Notes: generated by a model not told the origin, from the letters alone. DNA of 64,000 bases from an uncultured Flavobacteriales bacterium (GCA_905480125.1 CAJQPE010000076.1:3306-67305); one strand, 5' to 3'; shown: positions 32,492 through 42,884, numbered from the stretch's first letter. Numbers and translations: made by a program.

Positions 32492-33517
32492 ATGGGATTA
32501 TTCGATTTTTTCACACAAGAAATTGCTATCGATTTAGGAACGGCAAACACGTTAATCATACATAACGACAAAGTAGTTGTTGATGAGCCATCGATTGTTG
32601 CCGTAGATAGGGCTTCAGGAAAAGTAATTGCAGTTGGTCGAAGAGCACAGCAAATGCATGGAAAAACTCATGAAGACATCAAGACCATTAGACCACTAAA
32701 AGATGGAGTAATTGCCGATTTCTATGCTGCAGAGCACATGATTCGTGAGATGATTAAAATGATTAATCCAGGTCGCAAATTAATACAACCATCACACAAA
32801 ATGGTTATTTGCATCCCTTCAGGTATTACGGAAGTTGAAAAACGTGCTGTACATGATTCTGCAGAGCATGCTGGTGCAAAAGATGTCTACTTAATTCATG
32901 AGCCGATGGCTGCTGCTATTGGCATAGGGATTGATGTTTTGGAGCCGATGGGAAATATGATTATAGACATAGGTGGCGGCACCAGTGAAATTGCAGTTAT
33001 CGCGCTTGGAGGAATCGTATGTGATAAATCTATCCGGGTGGCTGGTGATGAATTTACTGGTGATATTGAAGATTATATGCGGCGTCAGCATAATATTTTG
33101 ATTGGTGAGCGTTCTGCTGAATGTATTAAAATAGAAGTTGGTTCTGCAATGACAGATTTGGACGAAGTGCCACCAGATTATGCAGTTCACGGTAGAGATT
33201 TAATGACCGGTATTCCTAAAGAAATTCATGTATCAGCCAATGAAATTGCTCATGCCTTAGACAAATCAATTGCAAAAATTGAAGAGGCAATAATGAGTGC
33301 ATTAGAAATGACACCTCCCGAGTTATCTGCCGATATTTACAAAACTGGGATATACTTAGCTGGCGGAGGGTCGATGCTTAGGGGTTTAGATAAACGCATT
33401 TCGCTAAAAACGAAATTACCTGTTCATGTTGCCGAAGATCCATTAAGAGCTGTGGCTAGAGGAACGGGAATAGCGCTTAAAAATGCCGATCGTTTCCCTT
33501 TCCTTATTCGTAGATAA
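32492..33517 (+). CDS. mreB: Rod shape-determining protein MreB
   Basis: IDLGTANT, RPLKDGVIADF, EPMAAAIG, DIGGGT, GGGSMLRG. Confidence 0.97.
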   Translation: MGLFDFFTQEIAIDLGTANTLIIHNDKVVVDEPSIVAVDRASGKVIAVGRRAQQMHGKTHEDIKTIRPLKDGVIADFYAAEHMIREMIKMINPGRKLIQPSHKMVICIPSGITEVEKRAVHDSAEHAGAKDVYLIHEPMAAAIGIGIDVLEPMGNMIIDIGGGTSEIAVIALGGIVCDKSIRVAGDEFTGDIEDYMRRQHNILIGERSAECIKIEVGSAMTDLDEVPPDYAVHGRDLMTGIPKEIHVSANEIAHALDKSIAKIEEAIMSALEMTPPELSADIYKTGIYLAGGGSMLRGLDKRISLKTKLPVHVAEDPLRAVARGTGIALKNADRFPFLIRR

Positions 33518-33533
33518 AAACGAGCTAAATTGA

Positions 33534-34373
33534 ATGCGAAATATTGTAAACTTTTTATGGAAGAACAATTTCACTATTTTATTCCTCATTTTAGAGTTTA
33601 TAGCTTTCACTCTCCTTATTCAAACAAACCGCTTTCACAAAGCTAGTTTTATTAGTAATACCAATGCCATGTCTGGTGGGGTATATTCTGCGTATTCAAG
33701 TGTAACTGATTATCTTCAGCTTAAAAGTGTTAGCCAAGAAGTTGCTGCAGAAAATGCCAAACTCAAATCTGCATCTAGTTTATCTTTTATTAAGATGCGC
33801 GGAAGCCATGTATATATTGATGATACTCTTTACTTTCAGCAATACAAATACCTTAGCGCCAAGGTGGTAAACAATTCAGTCTACAAAAGAAACAACCACA
33901 TCATAATTAATCAAGGTGCAGAACAAGGTATTAAGCCAGGAATGGGTGTAATTAGTTCTAAAGGATTGGTTGGTTTGGTAAAAGATGTATCTGCGCATTA
34001 CTCTGCTGTGGTTTCAGTTTTAAATGGAAATACACAAATTAGCGTTAAACTTAAAAAGAATAATTATTTTGGAATAATGAGCTGGGAGAGTGATGATAAT
34101 TCAACCACAGCTACTGTAAATAAAATTCCTAGCCACGTTGATTTACAAATTGGTGATACTATTATATCTAAAGGAGCATCTACAATTTTTCCTGAAGGAA
34201 TTCTAGCAGGTACTGTTAGCGATTTTAAGGCAATTCCCGGAAGTGATTTTTACAACATAAAAATAGAGTTGACTACCAATTTCAGCAATCTATCATACGT
34301 CTATATTGTGAAAAATCTGCTCAAAACGGAGCAACAGGAACTGGAGGAAAAAATAGAGGAGAACAATGATTAA
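33534..34373 (+). CDS. mreC: Rod shape-determining protein MreC
   Basis: N-terminal TM, coiled coil, G..G..PGMGVIS..GLVG, IFPEG; operon context. Confidence 0.93.
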   Translation: MRNIVNFLWKNNFTILFLILEFIAFTLLIQTNRFHKASFISNTNAMSGGVYSAYSSVTDYLQLKSVSQEVAAENAKLKSASSLSFIKMRGSHVYIDDTLYFQQYKYLSAKVVNNSVYKRNNHIIINQGAEQGIKPGMGVISSKGLVGLVKDVSAHYSAVVSVLNGNTQISVKLKKNNYFGIMSWESDDNSTTATVNKIPSHVDLQIGDTIISKGASTIFPEGILAGTVSDFKAIPGSDFYNIKIELTTNFSNLSYVYIVKNLLKTEQQELEEKIEENND

Positions 34374-34875
34374 TGATCTTCCTAAAATAGCAATACGCTT
34401 TTTAGCACTTATACTCCTGCAAGTTCTCGTGCTTAATAACGTTGCGTTTAGTGGCAGCATTAACCCGTACTTGTATATATTGTTCATCCTCATGCTTCCC
34501 TTTGATACTCCAAAGTGGCTAATTCTAGTTTTGTCATTTTTCCTTGGTTTATCGATTGATGTTTTTACCAGTACTATAGGCATGCACGCTGCAGCTAGTT
34601 TATTTATGGCCTATGCTAGAAACTATTTACTTAAATTATTTGCTCCAAGAGACGGATACGACCCTATTCTCGCGCCAACGATTCAAGACATGGGGTTAGT
34701 TTGGTTTTTGGCTTACTGTAGTATTTTAACATTTTTCCACCACGCCTTCTTATTTACTATCGAAATATTTCGGTTTACTGAGTTTTTTCCAACGCTAGGT
34801 AGGGCTATTCTAAGTTCAATATTCACGATTATTTTGATACTTATTAGTCAGCTACTAATTTACCGTAAAAATTAG
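34366..34875 (+). CDS. mreD: Rod shape-determining protein MreD
   Basis: Hydrophobic, INPYLYILFILMLP, GLSID, GMHAAA; lies between mreC and mrdA. Confidence 0.9.
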   Translation: MINDLPKIAIRFLALILLQVLVLNNVAFSGSINPYLYILFILMLPFDTPKWLILVLSFFLGLSIDVFTSTIGMHAAASLFMAYARNYLLKLFAPRDGYDPILAPTIQDMGLVWFLAYCSILTFFHHAFLFTIEIFRFTEFFPTLGRAILSSIFTIILILISQLLIYRKN

Positions 34876-34877
34876 CG

Positions 34878-36704
34878 ATGAACGACTATCAAGATCGAAG
34901 ATACATACTCATTGCCATCTTTTTAGTAGTCGCAATAACCTATATTTTTAGATTGTTTTATATCCAAGTAATTGATGATTCCTATAAATTATCTGCGAAT
35001 AACCTTGCGCTAAAACATGTGACACTGTATCCTCCAAGAGGCTTAATTTACGACCGAAATAACAAGCTATTAGTTTATAATGAAGCTGCTTACAATCTAA
35101 TGGTCATTCCACGTGAGGTAAAAAATATTGACACCAACGAATTCTGCAAACTCATTAATTTAACTCGAGAAGAATTTGACAAGCGTATGGTGAAAATTCG
35201 GAAGCATTCGACACGCAAAGCCTCAGTCATATCCGAAAGTATAACGGCTGAAGAATGGTCAAAAATAGTTGAAAGTTTATCTCAATTCAATGGCTTTTAT
35301 GGAGAAGAACGCACTGTGCGAAAATATTCTTCATCAATGGCTGGTCATGCTTTAGGCTATTTAAATGAGGTAAGCCCATCAATTCTAGATCGCCTTCCAT
35401 ATTACCAACGTGGAGATAAAATTGGTGCCTCTGGAATAGAAAAACAATACGAAAAAGAGCTCCGTGGCACAAGAGGAATAGCGATAAAAATGCGCGATAA
35501 TCATATGCGAATTAAAGGTAGTTATAAAGGAGGAAAGTATGATACGATTCCAAAAGCGGGATTCGAAATAAAACTCACACTCGATGGTAATTTGCAAGCT
35601 TACGGGGAACGGCTCATGCAAAACAAAACTGGAAGTATCGTTGCTATTGAGCCTTCAACAGGCGAAATTCTTGCATTGGTAACGAGCCCAAGTTATGACC
35701 CCAACAAATTAGTTGGCCGCGGGAGGTCAGAATATTACAACTCCATTTCGAACAATGACTCGCTGTCCCCATGGTTTAATCGTGCGTTGGAAGCGCAATA
35801 CCCCCCGGGTTCAATCTTTAAATTGGTGCAAGCTTTAATTGGTTTAGAGGAGGGTGTAATAAAAAAAAGTACTGGTTTTATTTGTGACAAAAAACCAATG
35901 AATTGTCATAACCACCCAGCACCAACGAACTTGTTAAAAGCCATTCAATTCTCCTGTAATCCCTACTTTCATGATGCAGTAAAACTAATCATACAACAAG
36001 GAAAAAGCCGCAGTATTTTTACTGATAGTCAACTAGGCCTAGCAAAATGGGAGAACCACATTGCTAGTTTTGGGCTAGGACACAAGTTAGATGTCGATTT
36101 TCCGTTGATGAAGTCTGGTAACATCCCTGGAGTAGATTTTTACAACAAACTATACGGAAAACGAAGATGGGCCTATAGCACAATTTATTCATTAAGTATT
36201 GGTCAAGGTGAGGTGCTTGTTGTTCCCTTGCAAATGGCAAATTTAGCTGCGATATTTGCCAATCGAGGATATTATTATACTCCTCACCTCATTAAGTCGA
36301 TTGGCAAGAATGATTCTATTCCAGAGAAGTATTTAGTTAAAAACGAAACGACCGTTGCCACCGAGCATTATGATGCTGTTATAGATGCTATGCAACAAGT
36401 TGTTGAAGCGGATCACGGTACCGCAAGAAGTGGCAGAATTGATAGCGTAGAAGTCTGCGGAAAAACAGGAACCGTTCAAAATCCACATGGCGAAGATCAT
36501 TCCGTTTTTATGGCTTTCGCTCCAAAAAATAATCCAGAAATTTCAATTATCGTTTATGTAGAAAATTCTGGGTTTGGTGGAACATGGGCTGCACCAATTG
36601 CAAGCCTCATGATGGAACAGTACCTTAAAGGAGGAATAACCGATACTTTAAAAGAGGAACGCATTTTAGCTGCAGATTTTATTCATGGGATCAATATCAA
36701 GTGA
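34878..36704 (+). CDS. mrdA: Penicillin-binding protein 2
   Basis: PPRGLIYDRN, YPPGSIFK (SxxK), SCN, KTGT. Confidence 0.95.
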   Translation: MNDYQDRRYILIAIFLVVAITYIFRLFYIQVIDDSYKLSANNLALKHVTLYPPRGLIYDRNNKLLVYNEAAYNLMVIPREVKNIDTNEFCKLINLTREEFDKRMVKIRKHSTRKASVISESITAEEWSKIVESLSQFNGFYGEERTVRKYSSSMAGHALGYLNEVSPSILDRLPYYQRGDKIGASGIEKQYEKELRGTRGIAIKMRDNHMRIKGSYKGGKYDTIPKAGFEIKLTLDGNLQAYGERLMQNKTGSIVAIEPSTGEILALVTSPSYDPNKLVGRGRSEYYNSISNNDSLSPWFNRALEAQYPPGSIFKLVQALIGLEEGVIKKSTGFICDKKPMNCHNHPAPTNLLKAIQFSCNPYFHDAVKLIIQQGKSRSIFTDSQLGLAKWENHIASFGLGHKLDVDFPLMKSGNIPGVDFYNKLYGKRRWAYSTIYSLSIGQGEVLVVPLQMANLAAIFANRGYYYTPHLIKSIGKNDSIPEKYLVKNETTVATEHYDAVIDAMQQVVEADHGTARSGRIDSVEVCGKTGTVQNPHGEDHSVFMAFAPKNNPEISIIVYVENSGFGGTWAAPIASLMMEQYLKGGITDTLKEERILAADFIHGINIK

Positions 36705-38008
36705 GAAATAGAATTAACATATTTCAAAATGTAGATTGGGCACTTATTATAATCTTTCTAATCCTAATGATGATGGGCTGGTTGAACATCTATGCGGCAA
36801 CTTATAGTGAAGATCATCAGAGCTTATTCGACTTCTCGCAAAGCTATGGAAAACAACTACTTTGGATTGGCACCGCTCTTGGTCTAGGTTTAGTTATACT
36901 CATGCTTGAAGAACGCTTTTTTAGCACGTTTTCAAATCTTATATACTTTGGTGGCGTACTTTTACTTATTGCTGTCCTTATTTTTGGGAAAGAGATAAAA
37001 GGAGCAAAATCGTGGTTCGTAATTGCCAATACAATAAGCCTACAGCCTTCAGAAATAGCTAAGTATGGCACGGCATTAGCACTTTCTAAATTTGTAGGCG
37101 AGTATAACGTAAAAATGCAGTCATTTAAAAGTCAATTTCAAGCTGCAGCGATTTTAATCATTCCGATAATTTTGATATTACTTCAGCCTGATCCTGGATC
37201 AGTACTCGTTTTTTGCTCTTTTATATTTGCCATGTACCGAGAAGGCCTTTCAGGGAACATTTTACTAATCGGATTGGGCGCTATTGTGCTTTTTATGTTG
37301 GCAATAATCCTCCGAGTATCGTCAATAGATTTACCGTTCGAATTGATTCTTGATGGTAAATACATTTTAATAATTGCTCTAACCGCCATTGCTGGAATTG
37401 TGTTTTGGCTTATCAAGAATTATAAGCAAGCCAAGTTCATTGTTTTTGGAGTGCTTCTTATTTGCATTGGATATATTATGAGTATAGATTACATTTTCGA
37501 AAATGTATTAAAATCCCATCATCAAGATAGAATTAATGACCTGCTCGGAGTAACGTTCGACCCCAGTGGAGCAGGTTATAATGTTAATCAATCTAAAATA
37601 GCAATAGGTTCTGGAGGATTCTATGGCAAAGGTTTTTTGCAAGGAACACAGACCAAGCTAGATTTTGTACCTGAGCAAAGTACCGATTTTATATTCTGCA
37701 CAATTGGCGAAGAATGGGGATTTATTGGAAGCTTTGTAGTCATTAGTTTATTTATGTTCTTGATTATTAAAATAATCACCATTGCAGAGCGCCAAAAAGC
37801 AAAATTTAGTAGAGTATTCTGTTATTGTGCTGCTTCAATTTTCTTCTTACACTTTATGATTAATCTGGGTATGACAATAGGATTAGCCCCTGTAATTGGC
37901 ATCCCTTTGCCTTTCTTTAGTTATGGAGGTTCATCTTTATGGTCATTTACTATCCTTATTTTTACTGTAATAAGATTAGATAGCGAACGGAAATATTTAT
38001 TAGGTTAG
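36701..38008 (+). CDS. rodA: SEDS peptidoglycan polymerase RodA
   Basis: GAKSW, LQPSEIAK, LQPDPGS, GYNVNQSKIAIGSGG, PEQSTDFIF, GIPLPFFSYGGSS. Confidence 0.95.
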   Translation: MRNRINIFQNVDWALIIIFLILMMMGWLNIYAATYSEDHQSLFDFSQSYGKQLLWIGTALGLGLVILMLEERFFSTFSNLIYFGGVLLLIAVLIFGKEIKGAKSWFVIANTISLQPSEIAKYGTALALSKFVGEYNVKMQSFKSQFQAAAILIIPIILILLQPDPGSVLVFCSFIFAMYREGLSGNILLIGLGAIVLFMLAIILRVSSIDLPFELILDGKYILIIALTAIAGIVFWLIKNYKQAKFIVFGVLLICIGYIMSIDYIFENVLKSHHQDRINDLLGVTFDPSGAGYNVNQSKIAIGSGGFYGKGFLQGTQTKLDFVPEQSTDFIFCTIGEEWGFIGSFVVISLFMFLIIKIITIAERQKAKFSRVFCYCAASIFFLHFMINLGMTIGLAPVIGIPLPFFSYGGSSLWSFTILIFTVIRLDSERKYLLG

Positions 38009-38402
38009 TTACTTTGGTGTTGAATTAATAGTGAATGACTCCATAATACCTATTAAAATAAAACTTAAAGGCAACTAGACTGACCGCATCATGACAAATA
38101 AAGGGTCATTAAGAATAACAATGATAAAAGGTTGCCTTTTTAATGGAATGGCTAATTTTTCAATCCAAAATCCCTAGACAAAAAGCTATTTGATGATTGG
38201 TTTCTGAGGAAAGTATTCATCATGGAAAAGGCAATGACTAATCGATTCGAATTTGCAAATGTTTCAATAAATGGTGAAAATATAGATCAAGATAAACTCA
38301 TTGCCTAGTCATATTCTATTTCACAGCTAATGAAAAGGAGAACTATAAGGTAAAAAATTATTCCTTGGCCGCATCGCAATAAAAATTAAATAAATAGAAA
38401 TA

Positions 38403-39044
38403 TTAGAGTTTTTCTTCTAACTGACTGAGAGTAAAAGTTCGGAACCGAACAAAATAATAAGCTGGAAATATATAGAGAGCTATAGCTATAGTGTAGGTAC
38501 TAAAAGTAAGCCCCAATTGAGGAATAAAAAGGAATCCGAATAAAAAAGTCGTAATAATGCCACCAAGAGTAGATATAGAATAAATGGTACCCACAGAATT
38601 ACCCACTTCCTTTACTTCCCTAGAAATCAGCTGTATAATAAGCGGTGAAACCATTCCAAAACACACCAAAGGAGGAAATACAAAGCAGAGGCTTGAAATA
38701 ACAATACCCAGTTTTAGATTCATCCCCAGCGTTGCAGTCATTATCATTGAGGATGTAAAAGGCATGATTGTAACGAAAATTGCTGAGGCTAAAATTATAT
38801 AATGTAAAATAAGTTTATGGGGATACTTTTCTGAAATTACCCCACCTAGAAGATATCCAGTAGTAAGACCTCCCATAGTAACAGCCAAGGTTGTGGCCCA
38901 GACATACAAAGAAGCCCCATATGAAGGTGCTATAAGTTTAGCACCTAATAATTCAACGGCCATTACGGCACCTCCTTCGATTATTGATATGGATATTAGG
39001 TACCAGAAAGATGTGGGATATTTACTTTTTCTATTTAGATTCAT
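38403..39044 (-). CDS. Stand-alone 6-TM membrane domain of the fused MFS/spermidine-synthase family
   Basis: EGGAVMAVELLGAKLIAPSYGASLYVW, GYLLGG, GTIYSISTLGG; clearly paralogous to the N-terminal part of the upstream gene. Confidence 0.8.
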   Translation of the reverse strand: MNLNRKSKYPTSFWYLISISIIEGGAVMAVELLGAKLIAPSYGASLYVWATTLAVTMGGLTTGYLLGGVISEKYPHKLILHYIILASAIFVTIMPFTSSMIMTATLGMNLKLGIVISSLCFVFPPLVCFGMVSPLIIQLISREVKEVGNSVGTIYSISTLGGIITTFLFGFLFIPQLGLTFSTYTIAIALYIFPAYYFVRFRTFTLSQLEEKL

Positions 39045-39052
39045 TGTTTCAA

Positions 39053-40708
39053 TTATTTAAACAGCCGTACCCCTTCTTCTAAGCTCTTGTTTGTAGTGTT
39101 ATCAATCATGTTAGTTCGCCACTCTACTATCGATTTAAGATTTATATGCTCCAAAATAGGAAGATCATCAGTAAAAACAATAGCATCGCCTTTTCCCACA
39201 TTATTTTCCAACCCTCTATTACCAAGCAATAAATCCTGAACAAAGCCTTCGACTATACAACAATTATTGATTCTGTTTCCATCAAATGCAATATCAGGAA
39301 CATCAACAGAACCAATAATAATAAAATCACAGGGACTATCAGGTTCGCAATTTTCTACATGAAATACGGTATTGGAAAAACCGGCTGCTTTCAATGTTGC
39401 GACAATTGAACGGAATGGCAAACCTTCTACTTCATCAAAATGACCTTGGAAGTTAACTAGCAAAAGCCCTCCGGGTTTTAATATCTTTAAGGCTTCTTCA
39501 AAGCTTTCTTTGGTTAGAACATATGGCGGTTGTACCTCTCCTTTGAGCATATCGAAAACGATGACATCATATTTCTTAGTTGTAGTTTTTAAATAATGTC
39601 TGGCATCATCAATTATAAAATTCGTGTTCTTAGAATCGAATAAAAAATAATCTTTAGATAATTGATACATGCGTTTATCTATTTCGATTGCATCTATATT
39701 CAAGTCCAGTCGTGTTAATTCACTTGCTACGCTTCCTCCGCCAAAACCTAATAATAAAATGTCACTTCCAATTGGCTTAGTTGAGCATATAGTTGAAATC
39801 ATGTGAACATAATACCAATATGAATAGCCGTTAGCGGAATTCACAAATGTTTGCGGAATAGCATTTACCAACATAGAGCGATCTGTCACTTCTACATCCG
39901 GATAATACTCATCGAGCACTCTTAACTGACCCAATAATCCTTCACTTTCATAGCGGATATTATATTTACTCGAATTAACCGAATTATGAATATTTGACTT
40001 GTAAACAGAATTAGATTCAAAAAGAAAAATCACTGCGATAACAATGATAAAAATCATTCTCGAATTGCGATACAACAATAATGCAGTCGTAATTAACAAT
40101 ACCCCTGAAACAAACATATTAGGGACGGTAATACCATATTCCTCAATGATGAAAAATCCAAGAAGAAATGTCATGAAAATACCCCCAATAGTAGATATCG
40201 AGTATACAAACCCAGCATTTTTTCCAGATTTTTTTACGTCTGCTGTTGCCAATAAAATAATTACAGGCGAAGTGCTACCCAAGAATACAAGAGGAAATCC
40301 AAATAGCAAAACAGCGGATAATACCGCACCAACATAGAAGTTAAAATCACCTGTAAATTTTAGAATAGTATGGGCAATGATGGGCATAAACCCAATCAGT
40401 ACCCCGCTAACCATTAATTGCACAAAAACTAAATTTTGCGGTTTATACTTCATGGATAATCGCCCACCCAAATAGTACCCAACGGTAAGACACAATAGAG
40501 TAATACCTATTACTGTAGTCCAAACAATGAGTGATGAGCCATAATAAGGCGTCATCATCTTTGCCCCAACTAATTCCACCGCCATTACAGTGGCCCCTTC
40601 AACAAAAGCTAGTAAAAAATATGGCCAGATAGATGTATGCTCATATTGTGAGGCTGAAGAAGATTTGGTGCTAATGACTCTAATACTATTCGATTTCTTC
40701 TTCCCCAC
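39053..40708 (-). CDS. Fused MFS-like membrane domain / spermidine-synthase-like SAM-dependent transferase
   Basis: Seven TM helices, then LLLGFGGGS, DAIEID, DDARHYL, YDVIVFD, LKPGGLLLVN. GTG start at 40708 chosen because a -7 element TAATTTTG (40754-40761) overlaps the track start. Confidence 0.85.
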   Translation of the reverse strand: MGKKKSNSIRVISTKSSSASQYEHTSIWPYFLLAFVEGATVMAVELVGAKMMTPYYGSSLIVWTTVIGITLLCLTVGYYLGGRLSMKYKPQNLVFVQLMVSGVLIGFMPIIAHTILKFTGDFNFYVGAVLSAVLLFGFPLVFLGSTSPVIILLATADVKKSGKNAGFVYSISTIGGIFMTFLLGFFIIEEYGITVPNMFVSGVLLITTALLLYRNSRMIFIIVIAVIFLFESNSVYKSNIHNSVNSSKYNIRYESEGLLGQLRVLDEYYPDVEVTDRSMLVNAIPQTFVNSANGYSYWYYVHMISTICSTKPIGSDILLLGFGGGSVASELTRLDLNIDAIEIDKRMYQLSKDYFLFDSKNTNFIIDDARHYLKTTTKKYDVIVFDMLKGEVQPPYVLTKESFEEALKILKPGGLLLVNFQGHFDEVEGLPFRSIVATLKAAGFSNTVFHVENCEPDSPCDFIIIGSVDVPDIAFDGNRINNCCIVEGFVQDLLLGNRGLENNVGKGDAIVFTDDLPILEHINLKSIVEWRTNMIDNTTNKSLEEGVRLFK

Positions 40709-41066
40709 TTTTTTATATATTAAGATGCAATTTAAATAGATTTTTAATGCTATCAAAATTAGTTGTCAATAAAACCAAGGCCTGGAATTTTACCTCGAAA
40801 AAAATAGTTTTACATGAACAAGTATTTCTGATAAGAATATTATTAAAGCTCATGAAAAATTGGAATGCATAGGAAATTAAAATAGGAAGATTACTAATTT
40901 AACTGATTAAAATATAAAATTGAATGGTCTAGCAAATTATTTACCCCTCAAAAAATATCAACACCTTTGTCAAACAAAACCTAAACTGCATTAAAACAAA
41001 GCAAGTGATTCGTTAAGGCCAAAATGAAATATTTGGCGATGAATTGAATGATAATTTTAGAATGTT

Positions 41067-41504
41067 ATGGACTATATTAAGTTAGGGCTACTTTTTTCCG
41101 CGTTTGGATGTTTTTTTGAGGTGATTTTCACAGCAGCTTATGATAGTGTCGAACAATATATCAAAGAGGGTAAAAAAAAAGTTGATGTGCGATTCTATGG
41201 GTACTGGAGTTTTTTATACATACTTGTTTATGGCATTGCCCTGCCCGCCTTTTGGATACTTATAGCTGTTCCATTTATATATCCTCTTTATTGGGGGCTG
41301 CGGGGGCTGATATATGGGGTCTCTTTCCATATTGGGGAATACATCTGCATGTATATATTACACCTTATTTTCGGGCAATCCCCATCTGAAGGGCATTATA
41401 AAGGCAAATATGATTCCATTAATAATTTTATCCGACTTAGCTATTTTCCAATTTTTATAATTGAAGCTTTTGCCTTTGAAAAGGTATACGAATGGTTCAT
41501 TTAA
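41067..41504 (+). CDS. TMEM229 / putative ABC-permease-like small membrane protein
   Basis: GCFFEVIFTA, G.WS...VYG, LRGLIY, GEY, IRLSYFP resemble the TMEM229 pattern as recalled. Confidence 0.6.
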   Translation: MDYIKLGLLFSAFGCFFEVIFTAAYDSVEQYIKEGKKKVDVRFYGYWSFLYILVYGIALPAFWILIAVPFIYPLYWGLRGLIYGVSFHIGEYICMYILHLIFGQSPSEGHYKGKYDSINNFIRLSYFPIFIIEAFAFEKVYEWFI

Positions 41505-41598
41505 ACGAAAGCCCCTGAACAAAATAACGATTACGAAAAGAAATTAAAATACCGACTAAACCTCACGGAGTGTTTTAATTTTAATATTTTTTCAACCA

Positions 41599-42777
41599 TT
41601 ATTCGAAAGCAGGAATACCTGTTATATCCATTCCGGTAATTAACAGGTGAATATCATACGTGCCTTCATAAGTAATTACCGATTCTAAATTTGCCATATG
41701 GCGCATCATTGGGTACTCGTTAGAAATTCCCATAGCACCGTGCATTTGTCTCGCTTCGCGAGCAATTCTTAATGCCATATCAACATTATTACGTTTCGCC
41801 ATAGAAATTTGAGAGGAAGTCGCTTTATCATCATTTTTAAGTTGACCTAATCTAAAAGTCAATAATTGTGCTTTTGTAATTTCAGTAATCATTTCAGCTA
41901 ATTTCTTTTGCTGTAATTGGAAACTACCAATTGGTTTTCCAAACTGAATACGCTCTTTAGAATAACGTAAAGCAGCGTCATAGCAATCAAGTGCGGCACC
42001 GATTGCCCCCCAAGCAATTCCATAACGAGCAGAATCTAAACATTGAAGTGGAGCACCTAAACCATCTTTATTGGGTAATATATTTTCTTTAGGAACTTTA
42101 ACATTATTAAAAATTAGCTCCCCTGTAGAAGATGCCCTAAGGGAATGTTTTCCATGCATTTCAGGCGTTTCGAATCCTTCCATACCTCTTTCGACAATAA
42201 GCCCCTTTATTCTTCCCTCATCATTTTTTGCCCATACCACAGCGCAGTCCGCAAATGGAGCGTTAGATATCCACATTTTAGCCCCATTAAGAATGTAGTG
42301 ATCTCCAGCATCTTTAATGTTAGTAACCATTCCTCCTGGATTAGAACCAAAATCTGGCTCTGTTAACCCGAAACATCCAATAATCTCACCTGTTGCTAAC
42401 TTTGGTAAATATTTTTGTTTCTGCTCTTCGCTCCCAAATTTCCAAATTGGGTACATGACCAAAGAGCTTTGAACAGATGAAGTAGAGCGCAAGCCAGAAT
42501 CGCATCTCTCCAATTCTTGCATAATTAAACCGTAAGAAATCTGGTCTAAACCTGGTCCTCCATATTCTTCTGGTATATAAGGTCCGAAACCCCCAATTGC
42601 ACCTAAGCCCGGAATAATTTGCTTAGGAAATTCAGCTCTTTCATAATAGTCTTCTATTATGGGGCTAACCTCTTGCTTTACCCATGCCCTCGCTGAGTCT
42701 CGTATAAGTTTATGTTCATCACTAAGCAAATCATCCATCAAATAATAATCATGTGCTTCGTATCTATCGTCTGCCAT
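41599..42777 (-). CDS. gcdH: Glutaryl-CoA dehydrogenase family acyl-CoA dehydrogenase
   Basis: YGLIMQELERCDSGLRS, CFGLTEPDFGSNPGGM, LRASSTG, ARYGIAWGA, TYEGTYDIH; -7 element TATTTTTG at 42796-42803. Confidence 0.88.
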   Translation of the reverse strand: MADDRYEAHDYYLMDDLLSDEHKLIRDSARAWVKQEVSPIIEDYYERAEFPKQIIPGLGAIGGFGPYIPEEYGGPGLDQISYGLIMQELERCDSGLRSTSSVQSSLVMYPIWKFGSEEQKQKYLPKLATGEIIGCFGLTEPDFGSNPGGMVTNIKDAGDHYILNGAKMWISNAPFADCAVVWAKNDEGRIKGLIVERGMEGFETPEMHGKHSLRASSTGELIFNNVKVPKENILPNKDGLGAPLQCLDSARYGIAWGAIGAALDCYDAALRYSKERIQFGKPIGSFQLQQKKLAEMITEITKAQLLTFRLGQLKNDDKATSSQISMAKRNNVDMALRIAREARQMHGAMGISNEYPMMRHMANLESVITYEGTYDIHLLITGMDITGIPAFE

Positions 42778-42876
42778 TTGTTCTATTTTGGGGAGCAAAA
42801 ATAGCAAATAAGTTTCGTTCGAAGCTCAAACAAGTTTGTCTTAGCAAGTATTTTAGTTGAAATTATTTTAGTTTGT

Positions 42877-42884
42877 TATATTTG
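42877..42884 (+). promoter_or_regulatory. Sigma-A -7 element TATATTTG for the Reeler-cytochrome-YceI-DUF5777 operon
   Basis: Exact TAnnTTTG match 21 nt upstream of ATG 42906. Confidence 0.55.
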
